DNA of 64,000 nucleotides from contig NW_024704742.1 in the NCBI RefSeq assembly GCF_018977255.1, positions 31,684,001 through 31,748,000 on the forward strand, in the 5' to 3' direction. The stretch is from Callorhinchus milii. Taxonomy: Eukaryota. The notes beneath the pieces were generated by a model. It was given only the letters and a program-made list of their open reading frames with translations, was not told where the DNA came from and searched no databases. The position numbers were made by a program, and so were the translations under genes. Position 1 is the first letter of the stretch. Each line of letters begins with the position of its first letter. Below are positions 62,826-64,000 of the stretch, in pieces.

Positions 62826-63399
62826 AAAAATCAGCTTGATGCTATAATGGGAGTTACAGTAGAGTATCTCCACTCGATTGGCTCTGGCCTCTTACTCTGC
62901 CACTGCCAAGCGCTCTGAAACGTTACCCTGCTTGAGGGGCGCTATATAAATACAATTTGTTGCTGTTGACGGTGGAGTGGGTGATCTGGAAGGATGAGAT
63001 CAAATGGGACAAAGGGCCTTCTTCATCTGAAGCTGTCTTGTGGTCATGAGATATCTAAACACTGTCTTTTGCATCTTGCAGGGGAAACAGAGGGCAACGA
63101 ACGTGACCTTTCAGGCTCATCATGTCAGCAGGAACAAGCGTGGGCAGGTTGTAGGAACCAGAAGTGGCTTTCGTGGTTGTACTGTCTGGCTTACAGGTAA
63201 CTTACTGCAGAAATGTTTCTAAGCACTAACTAAATCAACAATTAGGGGTTGAGGAAGAGGCAGAGAGTTTATTATAATAGTCTTTAAGTTTAATATTGTG
63301 GCTTTCATGTTGGGAGGATGTCAAAGTGCTTCACAGGATATACTGTAAAGTATAGTGACAAACATTGTGTCCTCTATGAATATTACCACTGCATTTTTG

Positions 63400-63688
63400 G
63401 TGGTGCTGATTTTGGATGAGATGTTAAACCTAGAGTCACTCCTGCATAATCAGTTGGGCTTTAAAGATCCCAAATCATTACTCAATGTGAAGGAAAAAAA
63501 TTTCGGTGTCTTGGCCAACAATCCCCCAAATAAAATTGAACATTCACTTCATGGCTGTTTGTGGGAAATTGCTGTATGCAAATTGGCTCCTGGGTTTGTC
63601 CACAAAATACAGTCACTACACTTTACTGTGAAATGCTTTGAGACGTCCTCCAGACGTGAAACATGGCATATCAAGGATTATTATTATA
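63400..63688 (+). mobile_element. Deu-domain SINE, 5'-truncated
   Basis: ggatgagatgttaaacc...aaagatccc...ggccaacaatcccccaaataaaattg...gggaaattgctgtatgcaaattggct...(att)n. Confidence 0.72.
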
Positions 63689-64000
63689 CGGTACATCGCA
63701 AAGGGATCCACAGAAAACCATTGACTACTGAAACACTGAGCTTCTGTTTGCTTTAAATGTTCACACAGCAGCTAGCTGTGCTTCTTTCATACAGATCTTG
63801 CTTGTCTGCATTCCCCTTCCTCCCACCCTACCCCATCCTCCAAAAGCTCCATCCAAACAACCAACTGGTTTGCTAGTGTTCTTTTTAAAAGTTCAGAGGT
63901 AAGAAGATTAGATTGGAAAAGGCTATTCACGCCATCGAGCCTGACTATTCTGTGGTTATCTGCCCGCCCCAGCCCCTGATCTGTAGGAACACAATGGGGA

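Overview
Vertebrate genomic DNA. The repeat content (CR1 and L2 LINEs, Deu-domain SINEs, LF-SINE-like relics) points to a cartilaginous fish, possibly a chimaera; this is an inference. The only complete protein-coding gene is sphingomyelin synthase 2 (SGMS2) on the minus strand: five coding exons (21186-20744, 20212-20095, 14400-14247, 13021-12855, 11601-11422), 353 aa, all GT-AG with matching phases. The probable 3' end of an unidentified convergent plus-strand gene lies at about 880-5200. The rest is intron or intergenic DNA dense in decayed mobile elements: CR1 and L2 fragments, two SINE families that share an L2-type tail, a Tx1-like insertion with a 12-bp target-site duplication, a dead SPIN/Charlie-type hAT transposon, hAT MITEs, and two large simple-sequence arrays. 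Most entries in the ORF track are chance or repeat-derived. I found no convincing new multi-gene system. The best leads are a possible frameshifted SGMS2 C-terminus, a uORF-rich SGMS2 leader, a covarying SINE/LINE 3' stem-loop, nested transposon insertions and a micro-exon cluster. Repeat family names come from recalled consensus sequences, not from a search, and most repeat boundaries are approximate.
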